64,000 bases of DNA, from NCBI RefSeq assembly GCF_001194135.2, contig NC_068981.1:187579579-187643578 (forward strand). The letters are read 5' to 3'. This document shows positions 39,476-52,616 of the stretch, in pieces. Under the pieces are notes generated by a model, which did no database searches, had not been told where the DNA came from, and was given only the letters and a program-made list of their open reading frames with translations. Origin of the DNA: Octopus bimaculoides (lineage: Eukaryota). A program made the translations under genes and the position numbers. Each line of letters opens with the position of its first letter. Position 1 is the first letter of the stretch.

Positions 39476-41248
39476 NNNNNNNNNNNNNNNNNNNNNNNNN
39501 NNNNNNNNNNNNNNNNNNNNNNNNNNNNNNNNNNNNNNNNNNNNNNNNNNNNNNNNNNNNNNNNNNNNNNNNNNNNNNNNNNNNNNNNNNNNNNNNNNNN
39601 NNNNNNNNNNNNNNNNNNNNNNNNNNNNNNNNNNNNNNNNNNNNNNNNNNNNNNNNNCTGGGAGGGTATCCAATTATTGCTACACTAGTGCTATCCTAGG
39701 TGCAATCAATGGGAGCGGGTAAAAGTGGAGGTTTTACCCAAAATTTGTGTAACAATTAGAAAATGGAGGATAATATGCTGAACCCAACTACTTGCAGACG
39801 GTGTATCCCGTTGAATTCATTAATTTAATTCATAGCAAAAGTGACAAAGAAAGGAAGAAAAGAAAAAGAAAGAAAGAACCAAAGCACAGGTGTCCATGGC
39901 AGACTATGTTATTTTGCCAACATGGTTTACATATAGAGGTACAAAGAACATAAGGAATTAGAGGATACACAGAAGTTATATATATATATATATACACATA
40001 CACACACTCACATATACGTATGTATGTATGTGTAAACTTTGTAGTATTAAATGTCATAAATTTAAGTTTGTTCCAGTTTATGATTACTCTGAGGTATTTC
40101 CGATCTTCAGTAATTAAGACACATTGTATTCCCTAGAAAAAAAATAATAATTCAGTTTTCTATCTTCTAAACTGTCGTTCTTGACTTGTGACGAGATCAC
40201 TCGACTCGTCAGAAGAAACACTGACATAATCAACAACAATTACAAGTAAATTCATAGACTCTTTCTCTCCTGTATTCGATTGCACCATTGACATTAAATT
40301 CTATCTTTTCTCTTTATGTTTTCCTTTAGATATTTCGGGATTGCCTCGTCGCCTTCTCTAAAGCATTGCGTATGTTCGTTATATTCAAAAAGTTGTTAAC
40401 ATTTATATATTAAGGATATTAATTTTTTATCTATAACTATGCAGATTAAATATTACTCTGTACATAAAATAATATTAAAAAACATTACTTGAAATTCAAA
40501 CATGAATTTAACTCGTCATTAAGAGCATTTTATTATTCGAAAATATAACATTACTTTGTCGGGGAGATAATATTGTATGTGTTAATGTCATATTTACATT
40601 CAGATATTTAAAAATGTATGAGCTGATACCATATGACGAAAGTAACAGAACAAACAATCTCGTTGTAGTTTACCAAACTCGCAAATAGGAATATACACAC
40701 ACCGTTGTATATCAAAAATCTACACACATTCACGTCACACGTTACTATTTTTATGGTTTGAGTTCAAATACTGTTGAAATAAAATCTGTTTTACATTCTT
40801 TAGTGGTCAACAAAGTAAAATATCGTGTAATCGACGAACAGCCTTCCTCAAAATTGCTGGCCTTGTACCCAAATTAAAGAGTTATTATAATTATTGCGTG
40901 AGACAACAGCACATACCATCACAGTGACGCTGGATCATCATCACCATTATTGCTATTACTATTTTAGTTTGGACCAGGTTCGGTCTTACTCCTGGTAGGA
41001 TTTATGTGGGTATCGGGTTACTATCTATAACATTAGGTACCCGCAAGTTTTCAGCAGTCTTTCAAGTGTTTAGAACCCTTCTGATAATTTTTGCGGCCCC
41101 TAAGAGACAAACTTTCTGTAGGAGCTCTACCGGGCATTCTATTTCAATCTCTTTCAGCCATTTGTCTATATCTTTACTCAGTGTTCTCAAAGCACCGAGA
41201 AAATGCGGTTAGTATGTACAAGATTTTCAAGCTGCTTATTATTTATTA

Positions 41249-41625
41249 TGCTGGCAGAATCGTTAGCACGCCGGACGAAATGTTTAGCATATTTTGTCTG
41301 TCTTTACGTTCGGATTTCAAATTCCCCCGAGGTCGACTTCGCCTTTTATCCTTTCGGGGTCGATAAATTAAGTGCCAGTTACGTATTGGGATCGATCTAA
41401 TCGACTGGTCCCTCCCACAAAATTTCGGGCCTTGCGTCTAGAGTAGAAAAGATAATAATAATAATTATTATTCTGGCCTTACGTTCTGAGTTCAAATTCC
41501 GCCAAAGTCGGCTTTGCCTTTTATCCTTTTGAGGGTAGATAAAATAAGCACCAGTTGAATATTGGAGTCGAAATAATCGACTGGCTCCTCCCCACAAATT
41601 TCAGGCGTTTTGTCTATAATAGTAA
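41249..41625 (+). mobile_element. Two tandem SINE B copies separated by (ATA)n
   Basis: Family B core twice. Confidence 0.85.
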
Positions 41626-41889
41626 GGATCATCGTTGCTGTTGCTTTGTTTCACACGAGCTCTTCCAAGTCTCATCCACAACCTGAGTAGCAGTAGGTTG
41701 GACATTTTACCGTAGGTGCTATTTACGGGTAGCAATTCTATACTTAAGGGAAACGAGAAAAAATATTTAGATTAAAAAATAAATGAATATTAAAGATTGC
41801 CATTCGGTATTACTACTGCTTCCGCCACTAATATTTATTCTTTAATAAGCCTGCTGGTTATTTACAACATCATTTTACTTTATGTATAG

Positions 41890-41962
41890 TTGGCGATGAG
41901 ATTTGCCTGATATGTGGCAACCGGATGCCTGCAATTGTGGAAGCACAGTATACTGAAATCAG
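41890..41962 (+). CDS. Candidate 73-nt internal exon of an unidentified gene
   Basis: Acceptor ttttactttatgtatag, donor CAG|gtaatc, open frame GDEICLICGNRMPAIVEAQYTEI with a CxxC; no homolog recognised. Confidence 0.25.
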
Positions 41963-42179
41963 GTAATCTAGCCGTTTCAGCGCCCGTGCCAAACAATTAT
42001 GCGTGTGCTCTTAGGATCGTACGTCTATATGAGAGGACCTTTCAATACAAATGCAGCAGTATTTATCTTTCTAATAATACATCCACGTTAAGCTGGATAT
42101 GAAACTGCTTTTCAGATTTAAGATTTCCTTAAAAGTTTCTTGCAATATTAGCGATTTTGAAACATGTTAGAAGATTCCA

Positions 42180-42570
42180 ATATTGAATTCATAAGAACAA
42201 CTTTTGTAGTTCTGTTACTTTTGGATTTCGTGGTATTTGACAAAAGTATCTAAGAGTACTGTTCGGCAGTTTCCCTAAAGTTCTGATGGTCAAAGGTACA
42301 GTTGTCGTTCTTAGATGCCACATTTTGAAACATTTTTCAAGGTTCTTGCGTTTACTTAACTTTTCAGGCATTTTCACAGAGGTGTTGCAGGTGACTGAAA
42401 TTGGCATATCTGTGAGCAAACATGTTTGGTCAATGTGATTTTCCCCCTCAGTATCCGGTCTATTGGCCTGCATAGTGCCATCGGTTTGAATACTAAAGTC
42501 TGAAAGAACTTTTATGTCTTTATTTCCAACTATTTTGACAGGCTTATGTCTATGTCCCCACCGCTTCTTC
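42180..42570 (-). pseudogene. R4/Dong-like RLE endonuclease C-terminus
   Basis: HKPVKIVGNKDIKVLSDFSIQTDGTMQANRPD..TCLLTDMPIS..EKLSK..KMWHLRTTTVP..LGKLP..QIPRNPKVTELQK. Confidence 0.85.
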
Positions 42571-42599
42571 TACTTGTTAATTTAATTAGAGGGGATGTT

Positions 42600-43545
42600 A
42601 TCCTGAGGTTTGATGACAATACGTGTCCTCAAATCTTAAGAATCGTAGGATTCTTGCAGAGTAAAAAAAAAAAAAGAAGCACTTTCCTGCAGGTCAATAA
42701 TGTGTGTCCCATTTCGAGTTTCTTCTTGAGCAGAAGTGTGGGTGTTTTTCTGGTTACATCGATTACGCGAGGATCAATCTCTTCATCTCTCTGATGAGGT
42801 GCTGATATTTCTCAAATTTTTCTATTTCTTCGGTATCCATTCTGTCATCATATGACATTGCAATGTCTATCATCTTACACTGCTCTTTATTTGTCCTCTA
42901 TAAGCATATTTATTCTCCTTGCTTCAACAGAATTACCAGCCTTTTTGATGAAATCCCATAAAGTCTCATCATTATTATTCTGCACACACCCTCTGACTCG
43001 TGTTTATACTCATTTCAGTCACTTTGAATCCACAAACTTGGCTAACATCCCAATACACTATATTTATCGACACATACACGCCTACTCTTGTACTATTTTT
43101 TGTGCTAGCTTACTGAATTTATATTAGAAATGATTCTTACTTTCCTCTCTTTTTACTCAAATTCTGCGTTTGCTCTCTGTCTGAGTTTTATCAACATTTG
43201 TGTATATCAAGTTCGTTCTATCAGCTTACTCCTGAGTGACTAGAATCAACGATTCAGTTTCTCATTTATCGTTCCCTTCTGTCAACCGCAACCGGCGTTC
43301 TTCACATCCAAATCCTCGCTTTGTTGCACGAATTAGCCATGTATTTCCATCTTTTGCAATTATTCGTCCTGCCATTCTTTAGTATGTTCCTGAATTTTCT
43401 TATTATTTCAGTGATTCTTAGATATTTTTGACTGCAAATAGTATTCACTGCAGCCAACAATTTTCCAAACTCCAGATCGTAGCGCAAATGGTGTCTTTTG
43501 CATTTAACAAACCTCTGCTTCCTTTCCTTCTTAGTGAATGTAGCT
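42600..43545 (-). pseudogene. R4/Dong-like element C-terminal half, old
   Basis: RRKGSRGL, EIHG*F, ETESLILVTQE, SKLAQK, TLWDF and CKMIDIAMSYDDRMDTEEIEKFEKYQHLIREMKRL in colinear order. Confidence 0.85.
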
Positions 43546-43546
43546 G

Positions 43547-43549
<3 letters not shown>

Positions 43550-43630
<81 letters not shown>
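43550..43630. repeat. (GA)n microsatellite
   Basis: Direct reading. Confidence 0.97.
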
Positions 43631-43634
<4 letters not shown>

Positions 43635-44729
43635 TTTTTGTTAGAGTGCCGATAGCAGACGTGTTGCTTCCACTTAGGTCAGCATCGTTCGAGCCGGCCT
43701 ATAGTAAAAAGCATTCTAAACATGAGTTTTCAGCTAGCTTTCTTTTCCTGAGATATAACACCCATAATTATATTTTTACTATATGACCTTATCGGTCGAG
43801 TCTGTTGGAGTTCCATCGTTGGTTCACGAAGGTTCTTTATAGCGTCGAAGTTAGACCAAAATTTATATTACAACAGAACAAAGCAGGTGTTTTTTTCCCC
43901 TTAGGTCAAGCCCTTAACTATGGTCTCAAAAACTATACCTTGGTAGAAGAAAAAGAAATCCGTCAGGCATTGATGCTAACTATTAGTATAGATACTTTGA
44001 GTAACACAGCTACAAATAACTAGTGTCGAGTGGTATCTCTATTGCATGTTGCTGAAAGACACACATGTGCTTTAGACATGTATTGTTTCTCCTCTATTTT
44101 TTCCTTTTTCTTCCTCGTTTCTTTCTTACTAAACGTCGGTAAAAGGTTCGACCATAATGCCAATCTCCTTTTTCTCCGCTTTTCTTTTCCCTACACTGTG
44201 CATAACGTTTTATGTTAATTGTTTTGAGCGTTTACATGTCCACCAACACCTTCTGAAATTTTACCTACTTTGTGTAACCTCTCACGTTGTCCTTCTGTCT
44301 GTCTCTTATCTCCTTTGTTTTATTTGTGCTATTTTTATCTATCATGTACCTCTAAATGTGTTCACTGGAACTCCAACTGGTGAAGGAGAAAATATGGGAC
44401 AATTTTCCAGATGGAAGAGTAGCTTTCCAAGTGGTCATACTTAGAGCCAGGCAGTTATCTCCGATGACAGCGAGCGTCTGCCACAGAAAACCCTTTTCAC
44501 ATACATTCTTTGAAATATTTGCTCAACTCAAAATGAAGTACATTGGGAACCTACGCATTGAGGGCTTGTATTATCCATAAATCAGAAATCTGGTCCGAAT
44601 ACTTGTCACAAAACCTTCGGTTAAATACTTATAAGACAACTGCGATGGTCATAAGCCGAGTGGCGTATTTTCTAAGCTTAAGTTTCTGCTTCCTGTTTTA
44701 GTCTTACAAATTTCCGTTAAGCTAAGTAA

Positions 44730-44945
44730 TTATGGTTTCAAATTTTAGCACAGGGCCAACAATATCACGAGATGGGGTAAGTCGATTACATCGACTCCAG
44801 TGTTCAACTGGCATTTATGTTATCGATTCTAAAAGGATGGAACACAAAGTCATCCTCAGCGGAATTTAAACTCAGAACGTAAAGACATGAAATGCTGCAA
44901 AGCATTTTACTCGGTGTGTTAACGACTCAATCAGCTTGCTGCCCT
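44730..44945 (-). mobile_element. SINE family B, decayed
   Basis: Reverse-complement match. Confidence 0.75.
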
Positions 44946-45029
44946 GCAAACTTTAGTAATTTTGAAATGACTTCTGCTTGTCATCAAAACTGCTGATGCA
45001 TTATAATACTTTTTTTTTAATTCTATGTA

Positions 45030-45640
45030 TTCGCCTTTAATATTGTTGAATGTACGTTTGAGATTCTCCTCACGTTTCCTAACACATCTATCTATCTCAA
45101 TAATTGGTGAGTGTATGATAGCTTTTATACAGAGTAGCTCTTTGCTTGATAGATGTCAACCTTTGTGCATTTTGCGGTATCCATTTAATCCAATTAATTT
45201 TACGCCAATTGAAAAGAATTGGCTTCAGAATGCTTGAATATTAAACATTGCATACGTGTTGATCCTTTTAATGATGCTCCTGGAATATGGAGATGTTTTT
45301 AAGATCATCATGACCCTATGCATATATTCCTCATCCCGTTTAACGTAGAATTCCTTCTGGTTATTCCATCGCTCTATTGTACAATCGAATATTTATATCC
45401 GAAAATCCCTATTCATTTCGAGTGATGTAATTGCTTTGCTATCGATAAAAGTGTTTCCTTTAGACTGTATTCACTTTCTTCTATTTATCATATACTTGAT
45501 GTACTTGTTAATCATACAAAATACATTCAAATTTCTTTAGGAAGACTTCACAGAGTTTCTCAAAGAATACGCATGTTTCTCATATTTGTAGTAAAGTTTA
45601 TTGTCACCCACCAACATATAAATAGTTTTTTTCTTTAATT
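45030..45640 (-). pseudogene. R4/Dong-like reverse transcriptase remnant
   Basis: MLVGDNKLYYKYEK..SLRNSVKSS..EEYMHRVMMILKTSPYSRSIIKRINTYA resembles MDDLKLY..K.E..L.TV..FS..EY..RV..ILK..LN..N.I.AINT.A. Confidence 0.75.
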
Positions 45641-46524
45641 ATCTTCAGCATGAAGGTACCGGATTTTGTGCTGTACACATGCAAATACTCACTCATACAC
45701 ACACACACACACACACACGCACGCACACACAGAGACACAGACTCACACTCACATATATATGAATGTTAAAATTGTTATTTTAAAGGTTGTTTAAGAAAAA
45801 TACATTTACTGATTATATAACTCTACACAGAATAGAGTCAACTATATTGTGAAGAGAAGCTTGGTTGGACTTCACTATATATATATATTGGGATTTTACC
45901 AACAGGATCACAACTTCAATTTCAAGACAACCTTATTTTCTGGAGTACACATAGAAAGTTATATCCAAAATACTAATCTAATAATATTATCGTTTTAAAT
46001 GCTACTATATCGTGCAATAAAATAACGTACATTAGAATTAATTAAAAATTATATAAGCACATTTTATAAAAAATGTATATACTTTACCTGTTATTAGTCC
46101 GTGGGGAAAGAAGATAATATTAATCAACGCTACACGTGTTTCTGCGCTAGTGGTTTGTTTTACCAGATTATACCTAATACATAAATCCACCAGTGCGTCC
46201 TCAGGCTATTTTTGTTTATATTATTATTATTAACAGATCTTATTTAATCATACAAATTCTAAGATATCTTCATTAAAAATAAGAATAAAATCAAGAATAT
46301 CTATATATATAACTTCCTAGTATATTTTCAGAAAATTTGAAATTTTTTTAAAATTAAAGAAATTATAAAATTTCAAAAAATCATAAAAATTTAATAAAAT
46401 TAAACACCTAAAAATATAATAACGATATATATATAGGATAAAATCTTTATAAGAATTTATCAAGTAGTCAGCGTGAAAAAACCTCATAATGAAAAAAACT
46501 CATCATTTTTTTCATAAATATACG

Positions 46525-46690
46525 TAATTTATATAAGGGCATTAACTATATAGTAACTATATAGTAATGCCTCACGCTTAGAGGGACTAAATAAGTCAAA
46601 AACTGTTGCTTATTTTTTGGTAGTTTTTGACTTATATAGTCCCTCTAAGCGTGAGGCATTACTATATAGTTAATGCCCTTATATAAATTA
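46525..46690. repeat. Near-perfect inverted repeat (hairpin)
   Basis: Arms 46525-46604 and 46622-46690, 17-nt loop, 11-nt duplication in the left arm. Confidence 0.9.
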
Positions 46691-47188
46691 TANNNNNNNN
46701 NNNNNNNNNNNNNNNNNNNNNNNNNNNNNNNNNNNNNNNNNNNNNNNNNNNNNNNNNNNNNNNNNNNNNNNNNNNNNNNNNNNNNNNNNNNNNNNNNNNN
46801 NNNNNNNNNNNNNNNNNNNNNNNNNNNNNNNNNNNNNNNNNNNNNNNNNNNNNNNNNNNNNNNNNTATATAAATTGCTAAACATAAAGAAACCGTCATCG
46901 ACTATTTTATAACCACGTCAAATTAAACCGCCTATCTATATAAACTTTACGAGAATTGATAATTTATTGTGAAATTTACCCGTATCAATACTAGTATATA
47001 TTACTATTATTATGACAATAGTAAGTTAATAATATTTAAAAAGTAAAAAAAAAAACCTCTATATGTGTTATAAATTTATTGAATAAAACTAGTAAATGAA
47101 ACTATTTACCACAATAAATAAAGGAAGAATGCAGCGTGGCCACAATCCAATTATTGAAAAAGTAAACGATAAAAACTATATAACATAA

Positions 47189-47379
47189 GGCGCAGGAGTG
47201 GCTGTGTGGTAAGTAGCTTGCTTACCAACCACATGGTTCCGGGTTCAGTCCCACTGCGTGGCACTTTGGGCAAGTGTCTTCTACTATAGCCTCGGGCCGA
47301 CCAAAGCCTTGTGAGTGGAATTGGTCGACGGAAACTGAAAGAAGCCCATCGTGTATATATATATATATATCTATCTATC

Positions 47380-47410
<31 letters not shown>

Positions 47411-47606
47411 GTATATGTTTGTGTGTCTGTGTTTGTCCCCTCAGCATCGCTTGATAACCGATGCTGGTGTGTTTACGTCCCCGTAACTTAGCGGTTCGGC
47501 AAGAGAGACCGATAGAATAAGTACTAGGCTTACAAAGAAATAGTCCTGGGGTCGATTTGCTCGACTAAAGGCGGTGCTCCAGCATGGCCGCAGTTAAATA
47601 AAAAGA
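47189..47606 (+). mobile_element. SINE family A, near consensus
   Basis: Full head, core, microsatellite and tail. Confidence 0.9.
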
Positions 47607-48319
47607 AAGAAAGAATATAATGTAGAGAAGACAGGATGATTGTGGTTATGAGATGAACCTGCTCGACCGGATCTGACCTGGGGCTAAGCAACAACAACTA
47701 CATTTGCCACAACAATGAAAATGAAACTTTTTGGAGCAAAGTTTATTACTAAATGAAATATGAAATTACTAAAAGGATGAGTTCATTTTACTCGGAAGAT
47801 AAATATCGATATAATGAACTGGAAGAATGAAGATTTACGTTTTGTCTCTTCAAATGGACATTCACGGTGATGTGATCATATATAATGTCGTGTACAAGAA
47901 ATAGGAAACGGTTGTGCAGACGTTGAATGCATTCCTGTAAATACTTATTGATTTGTCCTTAATATACCGAGCTGCCTCCTATTTGTAGCTGTGTCGCATT
48001 CTTATCATGAACTATTCATAAATCTTTTGCATTTCAAAATACTTAGAATACTGGAATTAATTGTCTTCAGAAATGGAAGATTTGTTTCAAAGATATGTGC
48101 TATGTGCTTTAGAAGCAGCTCTGTTTTATAGTCGCAAATATACGTAATAATTACATAGATATATTCATATGGGAAAACACGAACACACACACACACACAC
48201 TCTCGCATATATATAAATACATACATGCATGAATACACCCCCCCCCCCCCTACATATATCCATACACTCACTGACAAATATAAATTCCTATTTTCATTGA
48301 AACTATCAAGATACGATCG

Positions 48320-48490
48320 GGAAAAATTGCTTTGCGTTATTTCTTCCGACTCATTACGTTTTGAATTCAAATCCTGCCGATTTCAAATTTGCCTTTCATC
48401 TTTTCAGGATCGATAAAATAAAGGGTCAGTGAAGCACTGGAGTCGATGGCATCGACTTACTCACTATCCTCTCAAAATTGATGTTATTCT
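48320..48490 (+). mobile_element. SINE family B, decayed
   Basis: GCCTTTCATCTTTTCAGGATCGATAAAAT core. Confidence 0.65.
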
Positions 48491-49129
48491 GCTTAAATCA
48501 GAAAAATTACTATTATTAGTAAGCCAAATGGGCGGCGAACTGGCAGAATCGATAGCACACCTGGCCCGTTACCCGTGCAAAATGGGGTGATTTTACTTTT
48601 TTACCTCCCGTCAAGTGTGAAATCTTTCCGTTCCATTTACCCAGATGGCTAGCAGGTGATAGTCGACTGATCAGAATTAAATCGCAAATCTATTGAAAAG
48701 AGGTAAATTTTATGAAGAATTTACTGTTGTAAGTACTTTGAATGTGTTGTAGGGATTTCCGATTTAAATTTTAAATTTCTAGAGTTGACTAGTACGAATT
48801 TAAATATGAATACGGCAAATAATGCGCTTCTAAGACTTCAGCCCGTTACATAAGCTACATCCCACTACCTTATTTACCTTATAAACGTTGATAACTTTAT
48901 ATATAGCTGTATGTATGTATGTATGTAGAGATGGCGACACTGAACGAACTGGGTGTTTTCACACCTTTTTACCATAAGAGAGATTTTTTTTCTCCACGGT
49001 AACTGCTGTGTATTTGCATTTAGCAGTTGGAATATGTGACAAACATATTTTAACTAACCTATATATATATATATATATATATGTATAGTTCTAATTTACA
49101 GAAAACAAAAGACGAAAACAGGTGAAGGG

Positions 49130-49260
49130 ACAACAATCAGGTGTATTAGTTTGACGCTAGGGGAAAATGGAAAAAGTTTTTGATGTTTTGAGCCAACGCT
49201 CTTCGACAGAAAGGAATGGGAAGGAAAAAACGGAGAGAGAACCAAAATAAACAAACCGTG
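49130..49260 (-). mobile_element. PLE-type terminal repeat (family F) with HHR-like motif at 49178-49214
   Basis: Reverse complement CTTT-CTGTCGA-A-GAGC-GTTG-GCTC-AAAAC-ATC-AAAA; homologous to 2851-2950. Confidence 0.5.
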
Positions 49261-49278
49261 AGAGAAAAATGTGTAGGG

Positions 49279-49317
<39 letters not shown>

Positions 49318-49318
49318 C

Positions 49319-49366
<48 letters not shown>

Positions 49367-50096
49367 CATATATATATNNNNNNNNNNNNNNNNNNNNNNN
49401 NNNNNNNNNNNNNNNNNNNNNNNNNNNNNNNNNNNNNNNNNNNNNNNNNNNNNNNNNNNNNNNNNNNNNNNNNNNNNNNNNNNNNNNNNNNNNNNNNNNN
49501 NNATATATATAAATATTTATTTACATACATACATTTATATATATAACTTAAATATTATTGCAATACAATTATATTATTTTCCAGCTAAATAAAGCACCGT
49601 AAAGGTAGAATTTAAATAGGCAAACAAGGCACCAATGTTTGATGGAAATGGCAGTCGATTACCGTACGACGTCATGTAAAGCTTTACTGAATGTAAATTG
49701 GCAAAGTTGTGTGCGGGCAGCGAATATTAAAAATTTTCGTCTTATCTCTAGGAAGAACCTCGGATAGATGGACAACCTAGAATGGATAATCTAGTACTCG
49801 AGTTACGGTCTTTCCTAAAACGCCTGTTACCGTAAATTCAGTTAGTTCTCGTCAGCTAGATTCACCGAATGACGAAATTTTAAAATATTTGTTACATCAA
49901 TGACAGTATATACGACTGAACACCTAGCCGTAAAGAGAACCGAGACCAGTGAAGTCTTATATAAAAATTATAAATAGTATTGTAATACAATAGCATTATT
50001 TTCCAGCTAAATAAAGCGTCGTACGGTTATCGACTGCTACTTCCAGCAAACATTGTTGCCTGTGTGTGCCACATTTTCCTATTTACATATATGTGC

Positions 50097-50145
<49 letters not shown>

Positions 50146-50582
50146 TGCATGTTTGTGTGAGAGTGCAAGTTACAGGCTTAAACAACAAGTGCTTATGTCG
50201 ATTTCTTCGACTAAACACTTCAAAGTTGTACCCCCAAATTGCTGCTGTCCAATGATTGCAACAAGTAAAAGATAAAACAAATATGTGAACATGTCCATTT
50301 GTCTGCGCGAGCGCACGTGCATATGTATGCACCCACACACACAGATGTCTAAGTGTGCATATAGTTATTACAAAGGCTCATGGTTAGTTGACCACACTCC
50401 AGAGAAAAACGTACCCTTTTCCTTTCCTAATGAATTGATAATATCAGAAGCTTATGAAGCAATTATAAATTAGGCTAGTACCGTTGTAGACATCTTAGTC
50501 TTCGTATTTTTGCTACTGATGTCTCGTGAATATCTATTTTATGCAGAACACTGAGTAAATCAACAGAACTGAAAGAAATTTT

Positions 50583-50801
50583 AATATTCTTTCTAACTCT
50601 AGGCACAAGGCCCAAAATTTTGAGGGAGGGTACCAGTCAATTAGATCGACCCCAGTAAGCAAGTGGTACTTAATTTATCGACCCCATAAGGATGAAAGGC
50701 AATGTCGACCTCGGCAGAATTTGAACTCAGAACGTAAAGACAGACGAAATACCACTAAGTATTTCGCTCGGCGTGCTAACATTTCTGCCAGCTCGCCGCC
50801 T
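50583..50801 (-). mobile_element. SINE family B
   Basis: Reverse-complement match. Confidence 0.88.
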
Positions 50802-51343
50802 AAAGAAATTTAAATATTTCAAAGCCTCACTGCCAGTTAAATAAGAATGTAAACACATTCTATGCCACTTGTGGGCAGAAGGAAAGAGGAGGGAGTCTTC
50901 TGTTGTACCGTGCTATGATTTATTGTCTGGTCCTCAGAAAAGTTGTTACTGGCTTTCATGCGCAATGTGCGTGTACGTCACGTGGCCAAGCGGTTAAGAC
51001 AGTTGTGCTCGCGATGATAAGACAGTGGTTTCGATTCCTGGATCGAGAAGCACGTTGCTCATGTCTTTTCCGTGGAAAGTGAATGTCACCCAAGTGATGG
51101 CGCCAGCCTGTGTGTGTGTGTGTGATACATATGTGTGTATTTGTGTGTGTTTGTGATACATATGTGGTGTGTATGTGTGTGATACATATGTGTATGTGTG
51201 TGTGTGTGTGTGTGCGTGTGCATAAAATAGTCATCTATATTTTATTTTTAACGTTATATACCCTGATGGCAGGTAAGTTACTACGGTTTTCTAGAGAGAT
51301 AAAAATCTGCTATAGACGAAATAAAATCTCATATATCATCTTC

Positions 51344-51378
<35 letters not shown>

Positions 51379-51616
51379 ATGTGTGTGTGTGTGTGTGTGT
51401 GTGTAAGTCACACAAATCTGCTCTGTCAAGAATAATATACATGGAAGGAAGACGACATCAGAGATTTTAATCTCATCTATGAGAGATATTCATCTCAGGC
51501 AAAAACTGCAGTATCTTGCCTGTCAACAGTGTATATACGTTAGAGATGATGCTTAGATAGCTCTTTTGATTTATTGCCGCTTCAGTTGTGTGCACCGACT
51601 TTATATATCTATATAC

Positions 51617-51682
<66 letters not shown>

Positions 51683-51744
51683 TTATATATCTGTATGTAT
51701 ATGTATATTTATATATATTCATATGCACATACGTATATGTATGT

Positions 51745-51973
51745 GCATGGTTCAGTGGTTAGAGCATCGGTTTATAATCGTGAGGTTGTGAGCTTGATGC
51801 CAGGACCGGGCTGCGCGTTGTATTCTTGAGCAAAACATTTTATTTCACGTTGCTCCAGTTCACTCAGTTGTAGAAAGGAGTTGCGACGTCACCAAGCTGT
51901 ATCGGCCTTTCCCTTTCCCTTGGATAACATCTGTGGTGCGGAGAGGGGAGGCTAGTGTGCATGGGTGACTGCT
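51745..51973 (+). mobile_element. tRNA-headed SINE (family C-related head), 5' part
   Basis: TGGTTCAGTGGTTAGAGC head and TTCACGTTGCTCCAG segment shared with 22482-22797. Confidence 0.8.
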
Positions 51974-51974
51974 C

Positions 51975-52150
51975 ATGCAGAACACGGAGGCTCGATTATT
52001 CGCATAGAGGTTAATGTATCATCAAAACAAAGAACTGACACGACACTTAGAACACAAAGGCTACGCACATAGGAGTATACAGACCGAGCCTCAATAAAGG
52101 ACATGAATCGAACAGTAACACCCATCACCACACTACACCACACCACATGA
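51975..52150 (+). pseudogene. Penelope-like RT C-terminal remnant
   Basis: KELTRHLEHKGYAHRSIQ resembles the PLE xxELxxxLxxRGYxxxxI motif. Confidence 0.45.
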
Positions 52151-52524
52151 CTAAAGACAGAAGGGATGAGAAGTAAGAGAGGAAAAAATATCGTAAATAC
52201 ACAGAAACATACAGGGTAATACACACACAATAGACATATACACTTACCTGCGCATATATATATATATATATATATATAATACAAATGATATATGAGCATA
52301 TGAATGTATACATACATATATGTACATACCTACATCTACATGTATATATAGATGCATATCCGGGTAGAGGACGTCAAAAAAGGAACGGGAACATAAACAA
52401 AGCAGAAAAAAACGGACTTTGTTTTACGGACAACAGAATGAACATATAGGAAAACAGACAAGCCACATATGGAACTTTTCCTTCATCAGCTGCCTCTATT
52501 CTAAACTAGGCGTTCCGAAGATGG

Positions 52525-52616
52525 AGACCCCCTTCGGTCATAACTGACCATGGGATTGCACTTAGAAAGTTACCCTCCCAGGCACAAGTCCGGGCAAGGT
52601 TGTTTATGGAAGACCA
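52525..52616 (-). mobile_element. 3' part of the 51745 SINE, inverted
   Basis: Reverse complement TGGTCTTCCATAAACAACCTTGCCCGGAC..GACCGAAGGGG continues ..GGGTGACTGC(T) per the recalled family consensus. Confidence 0.7.

Noticed and set aside
42790-42815. CTGATGAG as a hammerhead core
   Set aside because: It is antisense of R4 coding sequence and lacks a stem II-GAAA
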